Assembly (NCBI GenBank): GCA_028717645.1
Contig: JAQUNK010000004.1
Location: 16,349 to 80,348 of the forward strand
Direction of reading: 5' to 3'
Length of the DNA: 64,000 nt
Source of the DNA: Candidatus Omnitrophota bacterium
GTDB taxonomy: Bacteria; Omnitrophota; Gorgyraeia; Gygaellales; JAMWDD01
Shown here: positions 29,002 to 38,357 of the stretch, piece after piece
How positions within the stretch are numbered: the first letter of the stretch is position 1
Layout of the letters: each line of letters begins with the position of its first letter
Made by a program: the position numbers and the translations under genes
Notes under the pieces: generated by a model
Databases searched by the model: none
Seen by the model: the letters and a program-made list of their open reading frames with translations, nothing else
Told to the model about the DNA's origin: nothing

Positions 29002-30056
29002 TTTTTCTTCTCCGATACTTTTGCGCTCTCGAACGTGGCCATCTGGGTAAGAATTTTTATTGCCGCGTCCGCCAAAGACATGGCTAAAGCGCCACCCGTT
29101 CCTTCGCCGAGCCGCAAGTCCAGGTCAAGCAGCGGCCTAAGGCCGATATGTTCTAAAATATATTTGTGCCCACCCTCTGCTGACTGGTGGGCAGCGATGA
29201 GATATTTTTTTACCCGCGGTTCGATCTGATAAGCAATAAGCGCTGCGGCACCCGAAATAAAACCGTCGATGACCACCGGGACCTTTTGGGCGGCTGCGGC
29301 AAGGATTATTCCCGCCAGGCCCGCGATCTCAAAACCGCCGACCTTGGATAAAACATCTATTGCATCTTTGGGGTCAGGCTTGTTTACGGCTAGCGACCTT
29401 TTGATCACCTCAATTTTATTTTTTAATCCTTTGTCATCGAGGCCGGCGCCGCGGCCGGTGATCTCTTCTACCGGCTTCCTGGTAAAGGCTGCGGTTATGG
29501 CGCTGGCGGAGCTCGTATTACCTATGCCCATCTCGCCGGTACCGATGATATCCAGCCCGCGCTGGAATTCATCTTCAAAAATCTCAAAGCCGACGACGAT
29601 CGCCCTGATGGCCTCATCCCGGGTCATTGCCGGGCCCTTGGCCATATTTTTCGTTCCGTAAGCGATTTTTTTAATCACTAGGCGGGGATCAGGCCCGAGG
29701 TCTACGGCCACACCCATATCCACTACGACTACTCTCGCCCCGCAGTGCCTGGCCAGGACATTGATCCCTGCACCGCCCTTAAGGAAATTATCGACCATCT
29801 GGCCGGTCACATCCTTAGGATAAGCGCTGACCCCCTCGTCGGTCACTCCATGGTCAGCGGCCAGGGTAAAGATCACTTTATGCTCCAGGCTAGGGTTGCT
29901 TTTCGCAGTGATCCCACAGACCTGCTTTGCCAGTTCCTCTAACCTGCCCAGGCTCCCCAGGGGCTTGGTCAAGCTATCCAGTTTTTTTTGCGCCTCTTCC
30001 ATCGCCCGCGCATCCAGATCAGTGATCTGGGCGGTTATTTTTTTTATTCTTTCCAT
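28998..30056 (-). CDS. cobT: Nicotinate-nucleotide–dimethylbenzimidazole phosphoribosyltransferase
   Basis: 352 aa with …KPLGSLGRLEELA… and …GIGNTSSASA…. Confidence 0.85.
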   Translation of the reverse strand: MERIKKITAQITDLDARAMEEAQKKLDSLTKPLGSLGRLEELAKQVCGITAKSNPSLEHKVIFTLAADHGVTDEGVSAYPKDVTGQMVDNFLKGGAGINVLARHCGARVVVVDMGVAVDLGPDPRLVIKKIAYGTKNMAKGPAMTRDEAIRAIVVGFEIFEDEFQRGLDIIGTGEMGIGNTSSASAITAAFTRKPVEEITGRGAGLDDKGLKNKIEVIKRSLAVNKPDPKDAIDVLSKVGGFEIAGLAGIILAAAAQKVPVVIDGFISGAAALIAYQIEPRVKKYLIAAHQSAEGGHKYILEHIGLRPLLDLDLRLGEGTGGALAMSLADAAIKILTQMATFESAKVSEKKK

Positions 30057-30063
30057 ACGACCC

Positions 30064-30579
30064 TCATTTTACTTTTACCGGTATTCCGGAAACAGTAAAA
30101 AATACCTCGTCAGCTTCCCGGGCCGCCAATTGATTGACTCGGCCGGCGACATCGCGGAATTTCCTGCCCAATTCATGCACCGGCACCAGGCCCAGGCCCA
30201 CTTCATTCGAAACAAGGATTGAGCGTATTTTCATTTTTTCTAACTGCGCCAGCATCTTAAGCGCTTCGCGCATAATTTTTTCTTCTTTGTTCTTTGTAAG
30301 TAAAAGATTGGAGACCCAGAGGGTAAGGCAATCGATGATCACACAATCAAAATCATTACCGATATTTTCCAGCGCAGGAATAATGTCCTCATCTCTTTCA
30401 AAAGTCACCCAATGCGGCGGCCGCAAGACCCGGTGTTTCTTTATCCGCTGGCGCATTTCTTTATCCAGGGCTTGAGCAGTAGCGATAAAGGCTACCCGCT
30501 TATATTTTTTTGCCAAGCCAAGCGCGTAAGTGCTCTTTCCGCTGCGTGCCCCGCCCAAAACTAAAGTGATCTTTCCCAT
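30064..30579 (-). CDS. cobU: Adenosylcobinamide kinase / adenosylcobinamide-phosphate guanylyltransferase
   Basis: 171 aa starting with a LVLGGARSGKS P-loop. Confidence 0.85.
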   Translation of the reverse strand: MGKITLVLGGARSGKSTYALGLAKKYKRVAFIATAQALDKEMRQRIKKHRVLRPPHWVTFERDEDIIPALENIGNDFDCVIIDCLTLWVSNLLLTKNKEEKIMREALKMLAQLEKMKIRSILVSNEVGLGLVPVHELGRKFRDVAGRVNQLAAREADEVFFTVSGIPVKVK

Positions 30580-30583
30580 AATT

Positions 30584-31210
30584 TTAGCCCAAATGCGCGA
30601 TATCGTTAAATTTCATAATGCGCGGTTTTCTGTTTTTGTATTTTACTACCGTAACACTGGTTGCCCCGGGCACATAACGCCAAAAATCTTTTGATCTATA
30701 AATACCGCCCACGAAAACGCCGATCACTCCGCCATGGCAGACCACGGCAACGGTTTTATCCGGGTTAGCGCGGGCAATTTTGGCAAATGAAACATAGATC
30801 CTTTTTTTAAAATCGGCCATCTTTTCGGCGCGGGGAATATGGTGCTGGTAAGGGTCGCTGAGCCATTTTTTATAGACCGGGCCGTATTTTTTCATGATCT
30901 CTGTGTGCCTCAGTCCCTCGAACACGCCAAAATTGATTTCCCGTAAGCCTTTGACCTTTGCGATCCTTACCCTGCCAAAAATGATCCGGCAGGTTTCTAG
31001 CGCACGTTTTCTGTCGCTGGAATAGATACGGTCGAAACAAACATCCTTAAGTTTACGGTGCAGCTTAACTGCCTGGGCCCTACCTTCACTGCTTAAAGGC
31101 ACGTCTTTACAGCCGCAATAGCGCCGCGCCTTGTTCCAATTAGTAATTCCGTGACGGATCAATATCAGTTCAGTGGCCATTGTTTTCCCTTCCCGGGACC
31201 AGGAGCACAT
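30584..31210 (-). CDS. cobC: Alpha-ribazole phosphatase (histidine phosphatase family)
   Basis: LILIRHG catalytic motif. The true start is probably the internal MATEL… codon. Confidence 0.7.
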   Translation of the reverse strand: MCSWSREGKTMATELILIRHGITNWNKARRYCGCKDVPLSSEGRAQAVKLHRKLKDVCFDRIYSSDRKRALETCRIIFGRVRIAKVKGLREINFGVFEGLRHTEIMKKYGPVYKKWLSDPYQHHIPRAEKMADFKKRIYVSFAKIARANPDKTVAVVCHGGVIGVFVGGIYRSKDFWRYVPGATSVTVVKYKNRKPRIMKFNDIAHLG

Positions 31211-31970
31211 TCGGCCCGTGCGTCACAGGATTTTCGTTCACTAAAACGATAGTTTTATAAACTGCTTCGATATTCTGGTAAGTCAAGACCTCTGCCGCAC
31301 TGCCTTCTTTAAAGATGCTGCCTCTATCCATAAGGGCAATGCGGTTAGAATAATTAGCCGCCAGGTTTAAGTCATGCAGGATCATGGCAATGGTCACTTG
31401 GTTATCACGGTTCAGTTTTTTTAAGAGGTCCAATATCTGTATCTGGTGGCCGATATCCAGATGCGCAGTCGGCTCATCGAGCAGGAGAAGTTCGGGCTCC
31501 TGCGCCAGGGCGCGGGCAATGATCACTCTCTGGCGCTCGCCGGCGCTCAGTTCATCGACCAGTTTATCCTTCAGGCTAAGGGTATCGGTAAGGGAAAGCG
31601 ACCGCTCGGCGATCTCGATATCCCTTTTGGTCTCGAATTGTAATCTTTTTAAATGCGGGATCCTGCCCATAGTTACGATCTCCATTACCGTAAAAGAAAA
31701 ATTGGTCGAGATGTCCTGAGAGACGAAGGCGACCCTGCGGCAAAATTCTTTCAGGGGCATATGAAAAATATCACTGCCCTTAAAATAGATCTTTCCTGAG
31801 CGGGGAGAAAGTACGCGCGTAGCGAACCTCAGGAGCGTCGTCTTACCTGAACCGTTGGGGCCGATGATCCCCATAAAATCACCCTGGTTAATTTCCAGAG
31901 ACACCCCTTTGAGTACATCTTCTTTATAATAACCGCCGCTTAAATTATCTATCCTTAACATTGGGTTCAT
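31170..31970 (-). CDS. btuD: ABC transporter ATP-binding protein, BtuD/FecE family
   Basis: Walker A GPNGSGKTTLL, LSGGERQR signature and Walker B LLLDEP. Confidence 0.8.
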   Translation of the reverse strand: MNPMLRIDNLSGGYYKEDVLKGVSLEINQGDFMGIIGPNGSGKTTLLRFATRVLSPRSGKIYFKGSDIFHMPLKEFCRRVAFVSQDISTNFSFTVMEIVTMGRIPHLKRLQFETKRDIEIAERSLSLTDTLSLKDKLVDELSAGERQRVIIARALAQEPELLLLDEPTAHLDIGHQIQILDLLKKLNRDNQVTIAMILHDLNLAANYSNRIALMDRGSIFKEGSAAEVLTYQNIEAVYKTIVLVNENPVTHGPNVLLVPGRENNGH

Positions 31971-32929
31971 CGGAGCCTCATTCCCCTTTTTAAAAGCAGG
32001 ATAAACACCGGAGCGCCGATTATCGCCGTGATCACTCCGATGGGAATTTCTAAAGGCGCAAAAAGTGTGCGCGCCAAAAGGTCAGAACCGATCATAAAAA
32101 TAGAAGCCGCCAGGCAACTAATGGGAATAAGCACTTTATGGTTCGGGCCCACTATCAACCTGATCATATGCGGCACGATCAACCCGACGAACCCGATTAT
32201 CCCGCAGATACAGATCAGGCTGGCGGTGATCAACGCCGTAATGAGGATCAAAATTTTCTTGATGCCCTGCGTATCGATGCCCAAATGCATTGCTTCTTCT
32301 TCTCCCAGGCTTATCGCGTTCAAATCCTGGGCAAAGAGATAAATCGCAGCTATCCCCAGGACGACCGGAAAAGCTACCGCTAAAACCAATTTATAATCGT
32401 AGACCTGAAAACTTCCCCACAGCCACCAGGTCATTTCGTGTATGGCGCGGTTGCCGGAAATAGAGATCAAAAATACTATCAGGGAAGAAAAGGCCACTGA
32501 GATTATCACACCGGAGAGGATCAATGATTTATCCGAAATGCGGTTTTCTTCGCGGGCCAGGGCGTAAACCAGGACAATGCTCGCCACCGCTCCCAGGAAC
32601 GCAGCCAGAGGCATATAATTTATGGATACCCCCAGGACCAGGGCGATTATTGCTGCCAGGCCCGCGCCGCTGGAGGTCCCCAATAAATATGGCTCAGCCA
32701 AAGGATTCCTTAGGATCGCCTGCAGGGTGATCCCTGAAACAGCCAGGCCGCTTCCTGCGAGGATCGCCGTAATTATCCTTAAAATACGCATGTTCAGGAT
32801 GACGCGGTTATCTTTTAACAAAAGGCTTTGAAGAGGAATGTTCACCGCGCCCTTGATCAGGGCCAATACTACGACCAGGCAAAGGAGCAGGAATAATACC
32901 ACTAATCTTTTCTTTAAATGCGCGAACAT
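31967..32929 (-). CDS. btuC: ABC permease, BtuC/FecCD family
   Basis: 320 aa with about 9 TM helices, in the FecCD-family arrangement. Confidence 0.8.
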   Translation of the reverse strand: MFAHLKKRLVVLFLLLCLVVVLALIKGAVNIPLQSLLLKDNRVILNMRILRIITAILAGSGLAVSGITLQAILRNPLAEPYLLGTSSGAGLAAIIALVLGVSINYMPLAAFLGAVASIVLVYALAREENRISDKSLILSGVIISVAFSSLIVFLISISGNRAIHEMTWWLWGSFQVYDYKLVLAVAFPVVLGIAAIYLFAQDLNAISLGEEEAMHLGIDTQGIKKILILITALITASLICICGIIGFVGLIVPHMIRLIVGPNHKVLIPISCLAASIFMIGSDLLARTLFAPLEIPIGVITAIIGAPVFILLLKRGMRLR

Positions 32930-32930
32930 T

Positions 32931-33803
32931 TTAAGGATATAACCTCTGATAAAGTTCTTTCAGGCCCTCGGTCGTCCTCGGCCCGGGCCTGAGCAGCATA
33001 TTCGGGTCGATATCATTGAATATGCGTTTATTCTTCACCGCGTCGATATTGCCCCAGCCGAACCTGGACGCAACCAATCTTAAGGGCAGCTCCTGGGCCA
33101 TATAAGCCATAATGATACAGCCGGGATTAAGGCTCACTACTTTTTCCGCACTGAAATTACTATAGGGCCGCCTGACCTCGTGAGCGATATTGACTCCGCC
33201 GGCCAAGGTGATCAATTCATCGATGAACGAACCCTTCCCCGCGGTCATCAGCGGCTCGTGCCAGATCTCGATAAACACCCTTACCTTTTTTCCATCCGGT
33301 ATGGCCCGGACCTTAGAACTTACCGCATCCATATCTGCCTGCATCTTCTTTAATAATTGTGCAGCCTCATTATTCTTATGGGTGATCTTTCCTATCTCAC
33401 TTATCGTCTCGAATAATTCTTTGATGTTCGTGGGGTCGGATACATAGACATTGAACCCCAGCCGTTTCAATTGATTCACTGCCGGCTCCTGTTCCAGGCC
33501 GGTACAAAAAATAAAATCAGGCCGCAAGGAAACGATCTTCTCGATATTCGGCCGGCTGAAATCCCCTATTTTCTCTTTAAGTTTTGCCTGGGCCGGATAA
33601 TCGCAAAAAGAACTTACCGCGATTATTTCTTTATCCAGGCCGAGAGCAAATAAGATTTCCGTGGTCGAAGGCGCCAGGGAAATATAGCGCGGCGTAGCTG
33701 ACCCGGAGCCAGGGCCGGCAGCCCCACAGATCATCAGAACAATCAAACCAATAACCGAGTATATTTTTTTCATCCCAATAAAAAATCCCGAACGCCGCAC
33801 CAT
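32931..33803 (-). CDS. btuF: Periplasmic cobalamin/iron-siderophore binding protein (BtuF-like)
   Basis: Signal peptide, then a class III substrate-binding-protein fold. It is the first gene after the second riboswitch. Confidence 0.7.
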   Translation of the reverse strand: MVRRSGFFIGMKKIYSVIGLIVLMICGAAGPGSGSATPRYISLAPSTTEILFALGLDKEIIAVSSFCDYPAQAKLKEKIGDFSRPNIEKIVSLRPDFIFCTGLEQEPAVNQLKRLGFNVYVSDPTNIKELFETISEIGKITHKNNEAAQLLKKMQADMDAVSSKVRAIPDGKKVRVFIEIWHEPLMTAGKGSFIDELITLAGGVNIAHEVRRPYSNFSAEKVVSLNPGCIIMAYMAQELPLRLVASRFGWGNIDAVKNKRIFNDIDPNMLLRPGPRTTEGLKELYQRLYP

Positions 33804-33807
33804 TTTT

Positions 33808-34055
33808 AGTGCCGACTTCGGGATTATACCCTGTTTTAATTCATCCCTTGGCTTTGTCCGCGAACCAAGTCTTATCCGGACTTTCTATATAGGCAGGTCT
33901 TCTGACTTCCCCGCCCCTTCAGCTACCTTCCCATCCTTAAAACAATTCGGACAGTGGTATTTTTCGCTGAAAGAGTCCCCTTTCTACAATAGAAAGGGCG
34001 GGGTTACAGCGGCGGGACCGTTGCCGTTTTTACGGCATTCCCTTTTAACCTACAT
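33808..34055 (-). promoter_or_regulatory. Cobalamin riboswitch plus terminator-type expression platform upstream of btuF
   Basis: The minus strand reads …AAAAGGGAATGCCGTAAAAACGGCAACGGTCCCGCCGCTGTAACC… and …AATACCACTGTCC (B12-box core). This is followed by the hairpin AATCCCGAAG…CTTCGGGATT plus a U-run immediately 5' of the btuF start. Confidence 0.6.
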
Positions 34056-34103
34056 AGAACGATTGATTTCTTTTTATTATAAATCAGGCTGCCTAAAAGT
34101 CAA

Positions 34104-34649
34104 TCAATATTCAATGGCTTTTCGCGCGCAGTTGCCTTGATCAAAATGATGTTTTATTTTTTTTATTTCACTGACCAGGTCGGCATGGCGCATGAGATTA
34201 CGGGATGCGCCCCGGCCGGTAAATACGATATTTAAACTACGGGGCTTGTCTTTAAGCAGAGAGATTATCTCTTTTTCCCGCAAGAGCCCGTCGCGTAGCG
34301 CGATATTTATTTCATCTACTATCAACATGTCGAATTTACGCTTAAAGGCACTGCGGATGTACTTCAGGGCATCAAGGCACGCGAGCCTGGCCTCTTTTTT
34401 ATCCACGCCGCGGCAGAAACGCGGGTGATGCGTCGCGCAGTGGATCACCCGGATACCTATCTTCTTCAATATCCTATCTTCACCGCTGGGGAATACTTCC
34501 GGGTCCTTAAAAAAATGTATCAGGCATACCTTAAAACCATTGCCCGCGGCGCGTACTGCCTGGCCGACCGCCTGGGTAGTTTTACCTTTGCCTTCGCCGG
34601 TATAGATCTGGACCAGGCCCCTTAGATGCACTTTACACTTACGTTGCAT
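34104..34649 (-). CDS. cobO: Cob(I)yrinic acid a,c-diamide adenosyltransferase (CobA/CobO/BtuR family)
   Basis: GLVQIYTGEGKGKTTQAVG P-loop, characteristic of the family. 181 aa. Confidence 0.8.
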   Translation of the reverse strand: MQRKCKVHLRGLVQIYTGEGKGKTTQAVGQAVRAAGNGFKVCLIHFFKDPEVFPSGEDRILKKIGIRVIHCATHHPRFCRGVDKKEARLACLDALKYIRSAFKRKFDMLIVDEINIALRDGLLREKEIISLLKDKPRSLNIVFTGRGASRNLMRHADLVSEIKKIKHHFDQGNCARKAIEY

Positions 34650-35146
34650 TTTGCCTCAGCGCTGGGATGTTCTTTCTCCCATTTTTTTAATTTTGCCCTT
34701 AATTTTAATTTCTCTGCCCAAGAAGCGTAATCAATGATCACTTTCCCATGCAAATGGTCTATTTCATGCTGCAGCACGTGCGCAGCGAGCCCTTCTTCTT
34801 GGATACGCACAGGTTTGCCGTTCTCATCTATTGCCTCGACTATAACCTCAGCCGCCCTTTTTACCCTGACGGTAATACCCGGAAAAGAAAGGCATCCTTC
34901 TTCTAAATGGCTAGTGCCTTTTCTCTTGGTCACCTTCGGGTTGGCCAGGCATTTCAGCCCCTCTCCCACATCCATAATGATCATCTGTTTAGAGATGCCG
35001 ACCTGGGGGCCAGCCAAGCCGACTCCGCCGGCCAGATACATCGCATCGGCCATCCCCTTAAAGATCTGCCTGATCTCAGCACTGACCTTTTCTACGGGCT
35101 TGGCCTTTTGCCTTAAAATGCGGTCCGGATAAAAAATGATCTTCAC
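34622..35146 (-). CDS. def: Peptide deformylase
   Basis: GVGLAGPQVG, EGCLSFPG and HEIDHLHG motifs. Confidence 0.9.
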   Translation of the reverse strand: MKIIFYPDRILRQKAKPVEKVSAEIRQIFKGMADAMYLAGGVGLAGPQVGISKQMIIMDVGEGLKCLANPKVTKRKGTSHLEEGCLSFPGITVRVKRAAEVIVEAIDENGKPVRIQEEGLAAHVLQHEIDHLHGKVIIDYASWAEKLKLRAKLKKWEKEHPSAEAKCNVSVKCI

Positions 35147-35337
35147 TTTTTAAATTCTCTCCAGGCCCAGAGGATGAATTTTCCCAGGAGCCAGATCAGA
35201 AAACAGGAAACCAGAAGAAAAACAAAAATATACAGGACAAAGTTTAAAGCAGCGAGTAACGGTACAAGCAGGATGATGACAAAAGAAAGAACGCTTATAC
35301 TGATTAAAAACAGTAGGCCCACAAGAAATGCTTTCAT
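35143..35337 (-). CDS. Small hydrophobic membrane protein
   Basis: 64 aa, two TM helices, overlaps the def start. A good AAGGAG RBS lies upstream. Confidence 0.4.
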   Translation of the reverse strand: MKAFLVGLLFLISISVLSFVIILLVPLLAALNFVLYIFVFLLVSCFLIWLLGKFILWAWREFKK

Positions 35338-35392
35338 GTGATTGTCTCCTTATCCCGACGTTACGTCGGCGAAGCCGGGGTTCCGCTGCGCT

Positions 35393-35956
35393 TCATTTCC
35401 AGAGGCCGCGGCGGTTCTCGCGGGCTTCATGTAAAAGTTGCCGGAAATATTCGGCATATTTGACATCTGGCGGGATAGTCAGAAGATTAGCGTAGCCCTG
35501 TTTCACGATTTCGGCGTTCACAAATGTGCCGTCTTTTAAATAAACGTAAGCCAACAGCCGTTTATATTTATCATATTTTTCCACATCGAATTCCAGGCTC
35601 ACGCGCTTACCCTCTACCAAACCCTTAGTAAAAAGGTAGGCCCTTCTGCCTAATTCCTGGATAGTGGCAATATCCTGTTGGGTCTTTTGCGCGTCGCGGT
35701 ATAGTTTGTTGCTTACGTGTAGCTCCGGAGTATCTATCCCGATCAGCCTGACCCGCTCGCCGGTCTCTAAGACCAGCGTATCGCCATCCACTGCACGCGT
35801 GACCAAAATATCGCTATAGCTCGATGCCTTACCGAAGGGAAGAGAAAATTTCATCCCGCCCTCACCCTGCTGGGCAAGTGAATACGAGATGCCGGCAATC
35901 AGCAAAGTCAAAACTGCAAAAATGATCCTGGGTTTTTTAAATTTTGTGCGTGTCAT
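35393..35956 (-). CDS. Secreted thermonuclease (SNase/micrococcal nuclease family)
   Basis: Signal anchor followed by VTRAVDGDTL…VRLIGIDTPE…, the SNase active-site region. Confidence 0.75.
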   Translation of the reverse strand: MTRTKFKKPRIIFAVLTLLIAGISYSLAQQGEGGMKFSLPFGKASSYSDILVTRAVDGDTLVLETGERVRLIGIDTPELHVSNKLYRDAQKTQQDIATIQELGRRAYLFTKGLVEGKRVSLEFDVEKYDKYKRLLAYVYLKDGTFVNAEIVKQGYANLLTIPPDVKYAEYFRQLLHEARENRRGLWK

Positions 35957-36000
35957 ATTTTTATATCATAGCATAGCGCAAAATTCTGGTAAAGAGGATT

Positions 36001-37491
36001 TCAGAATTTTAAAGCAAGGTTCGCGGCATCCATCCCGGAAATAAAACAGCCGTGGACCCCATGGCCCGGCCGCGTCCAGGCTCCGGCTAAAAATAATCCT
36101 TTTATCGCCGTCTTCTGGCCCAGCCGGTTGATGCTCGATTGGGCAACAGTCTGCGCAAAACCATAGATCGCGCCTTCCGGAGACCCGGTAAAAGCCTGCA
36201 TGGTCCGGGGCGTAGCCGTTTCCCTTACCTCGATATGCTTCGTCAACCCGGGCAGGTATTTTTGCGCGCGTAGGATCAATTTATCCGCCATCTCCTGTTT
36301 TTTCTTCTGGTATTCTTCTTCACTTAAACCCTGCCAGTTTGTATAACTGTCTAAGGACATGATAACCAGGCCCCCTTTTCCCGGCGGGACAAGCCCAGGA
36401 TCAAGCTGGCTGTGGTCAACGATCTCGATCGAACACCTCTCGTAATCTCCGGCGAGAGAAAAACGCATGGATTCATCGTGTTCATATGTAGTATTGATGG
36501 AAAACATGTACTCGTTCATTCCCAGGCTCCTGGCCGGCACATCCAGGCCCAGGTATACCTGAACCGCGGAAATGGATTTCTCCAGGCCCAACAATTTTTT
36601 CCGGTATATTTCTTTTAAGGCCTCATCATCTATCAGGCTGGTGAACGTATCTATGGCATTGGCATTGGAAATTATTGCCCTGGCTTTAAATTCCTCGCCT
36701 TTCTCAGTAACCACTGATTTTATTGAGCCGCGATCGGTTACGATTTTTTTAACAGTAGTATTAAACCTTACTTCTGAGCCGGAATTTTTTATTTCCTCAA
36801 CCATTGCCTCAAACAACCGGATAAAACCACCCCTGATATAAGCGGTCGGGTTGTAATAATATCCCCTAAAAATAAGCAGAAAATAGAATGCGCCGAGGTC
36901 CTCTGGCGGCAGGCCGGCAAAACGCCAGATATCGGTGATCAGCGCCTGAAGCCGATCGCCGGTAATGAATCGAGCAATAAATTGCTTTGTAGTAAGCCTC
37001 GATGCCATGATGATAGCCGGATAAAGAAAAGGAACCAGCACAAGCTTAAGCCAGAGGGGAAATTTTACATTACAGAATTTATCGAACTGGGCGTAGAATT
37101 TGTCTATATCTAAAAATAATTTTTTGATATTTCCGGCTTCCTCAGGGAAGCTTTGGCTAAGGTATGCGATAAAATCTTCATGGCGGGGCGTAACCAAGAA
37201 ATTATGCCCGGGATAGATCACGCGCGCAAAATTTTTTAAGGGAATAAAATCTAATTTTTTATCGAGGCCTGCTTCTTCCAGGAATTTCCTGATCTCGCCA
37301 CCCTCCCCCAGCGCGTCCACGCAGTGTATGGCGGATTCAAAGGTAAAACCTTTCCTTTTAAAAACAGTGGCGTAGCCTCCGGGCAGAGGCTGCTTTTCCA
37401 GAAGAAGTACCCTCCTTCCGGCATGTGATAATTTTAGCGCAGAAGTCAATCCAGCGACGCCTGCGCCAATGATAATTACATCATATTCCAT
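36001..37491 (-). CDS. FAD-dependent oxidoreductase, phytoene-desaturase (CrtI)/amine-oxidase family
   Basis: YDVIIIGAGVAGLTSA dinucleotide-binding motif and a C-terminal …GLFLAGAWTRPGHGVHG…. 496 aa. Confidence 0.7.
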   Translation of the reverse strand: MEYDVIIIGAGVAGLTSALKLSHAGRRVLLLEKQPLPGGYATVFKRKGFTFESAIHCVDALGEGGEIRKFLEEAGLDKKLDFIPLKNFARVIYPGHNFLVTPRHEDFIAYLSQSFPEEAGNIKKLFLDIDKFYAQFDKFCNVKFPLWLKLVLVPFLYPAIIMASRLTTKQFIARFITGDRLQALITDIWRFAGLPPEDLGAFYFLLIFRGYYYNPTAYIRGGFIRLFEAMVEEIKNSGSEVRFNTTVKKIVTDRGSIKSVVTEKGEEFKARAIISNANAIDTFTSLIDDEALKEIYRKKLLGLEKSISAVQVYLGLDVPARSLGMNEYMFSINTTYEHDESMRFSLAGDYERCSIEIVDHSQLDPGLVPPGKGGLVIMSLDSYTNWQGLSEEEYQKKKQEMADKLILRAQKYLPGLTKHIEVRETATPRTMQAFTGSPEGAIYGFAQTVAQSSINRLGQKTAIKGLFLAGAWTRPGHGVHGCFISGMDAANLALKF

Positions 37492-37498
37492 CTTAAAG

Positions 37499-38332
37499 TT
37501 AGAATTTATTGATGAATCTTATTGCCTCTTGGGCAACCCTGTCTTTTTCTTTATCGATGGTGATCATATGGTAGCTATCCTCTAAAACTACCAGCGATTT
37601 ATCTTTCGAGCCGATATTTTTGAATACGTATTGGGCGTTCTTCAGGCTCGTCATATCATCCTCTTTGGCATGCAGGATAATGGCAGGAGTTTTGACTCCG
37701 GGCAATTCTCGCCTGACCACTCCAGTAAGGAGGTGGTGCTGATAAAGGCAGGCCAACGGAAAAAACGGGCTGCCGAAAAGGAGCACCTTATTATCGAACG
37801 CGCGCGCATCGGCATTCTTGTAAAACCGCTGGATATTCTCCCTTAATCCTTCATCTTTCAAGCCATAAGGCCAGCCTTCCCGGATATTTATCCTGTTCCT
37901 GAAAAATGGCGCGTGCCAAGCCAGGTTCATGAATATCTTTCCTTTATGCAATGCCCAGCCGTCATAAAATAGGGTTGGCGCCAGGGCGATGATGCCGGTT
38001 ATATCCGAGGGGAATTCGTAAGCCAGGTGCATAGCCATGAGTGCCCCCATGGAAAGGCCGCCGATAAAAACCTGCGTACATTCTTTTTGCAGGCGCCTCA
38101 AAGATCTAATACAACTCTCTGCGATCTCTTTCCAGGTAACTTTTTTTAATTCTCCCAGGGTATCGCAATGGCGCGGCAGGGTATTGCATAAAACAGTATT
38201 GCCTGCTTTCTGCAGCTGCTTACCGAAATAATGCATCTCTGAAGGCGTGCCGGTTATCCCGTGGATAAGCAGTACGCCTTTATTGCCGCCTTTTAAGAAA
38301 AAATTGAATTTTTGGGGGTTGTGTTTCTCCAT
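37499..38332 (-). CDS. Alpha/beta-hydrolase (esterase/thioesterase-like)
   Basis: GLSMGALMA nucleophile elbow (GxSxG). 277 aa. Confidence 0.65.
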   Translation of the reverse strand: MEKHNPQKFNFFLKGGNKGVLLIHGITGTPSEMHYFGKQLQKAGNTVLCNTLPRHCDTLGELKKVTWKEIAESCIRSLRRLQKECTQVFIGGLSMGALMAMHLAYEFPSDITGIIALAPTLFYDGWALHKGKIFMNLAWHAPFFRNRINIREGWPYGLKDEGLRENIQRFYKNADARAFDNKVLLFGSPFFPLACLYQHHLLTGVVRRELPGVKTPAIILHAKEDDMTSLKNAQYVFKNIGSKDKSLVVLEDSYHMITIDKEKDRVAQEAIRFINKF

Positions 38333-38357
38333 AATGCAGATTATTATAACATAAAAA

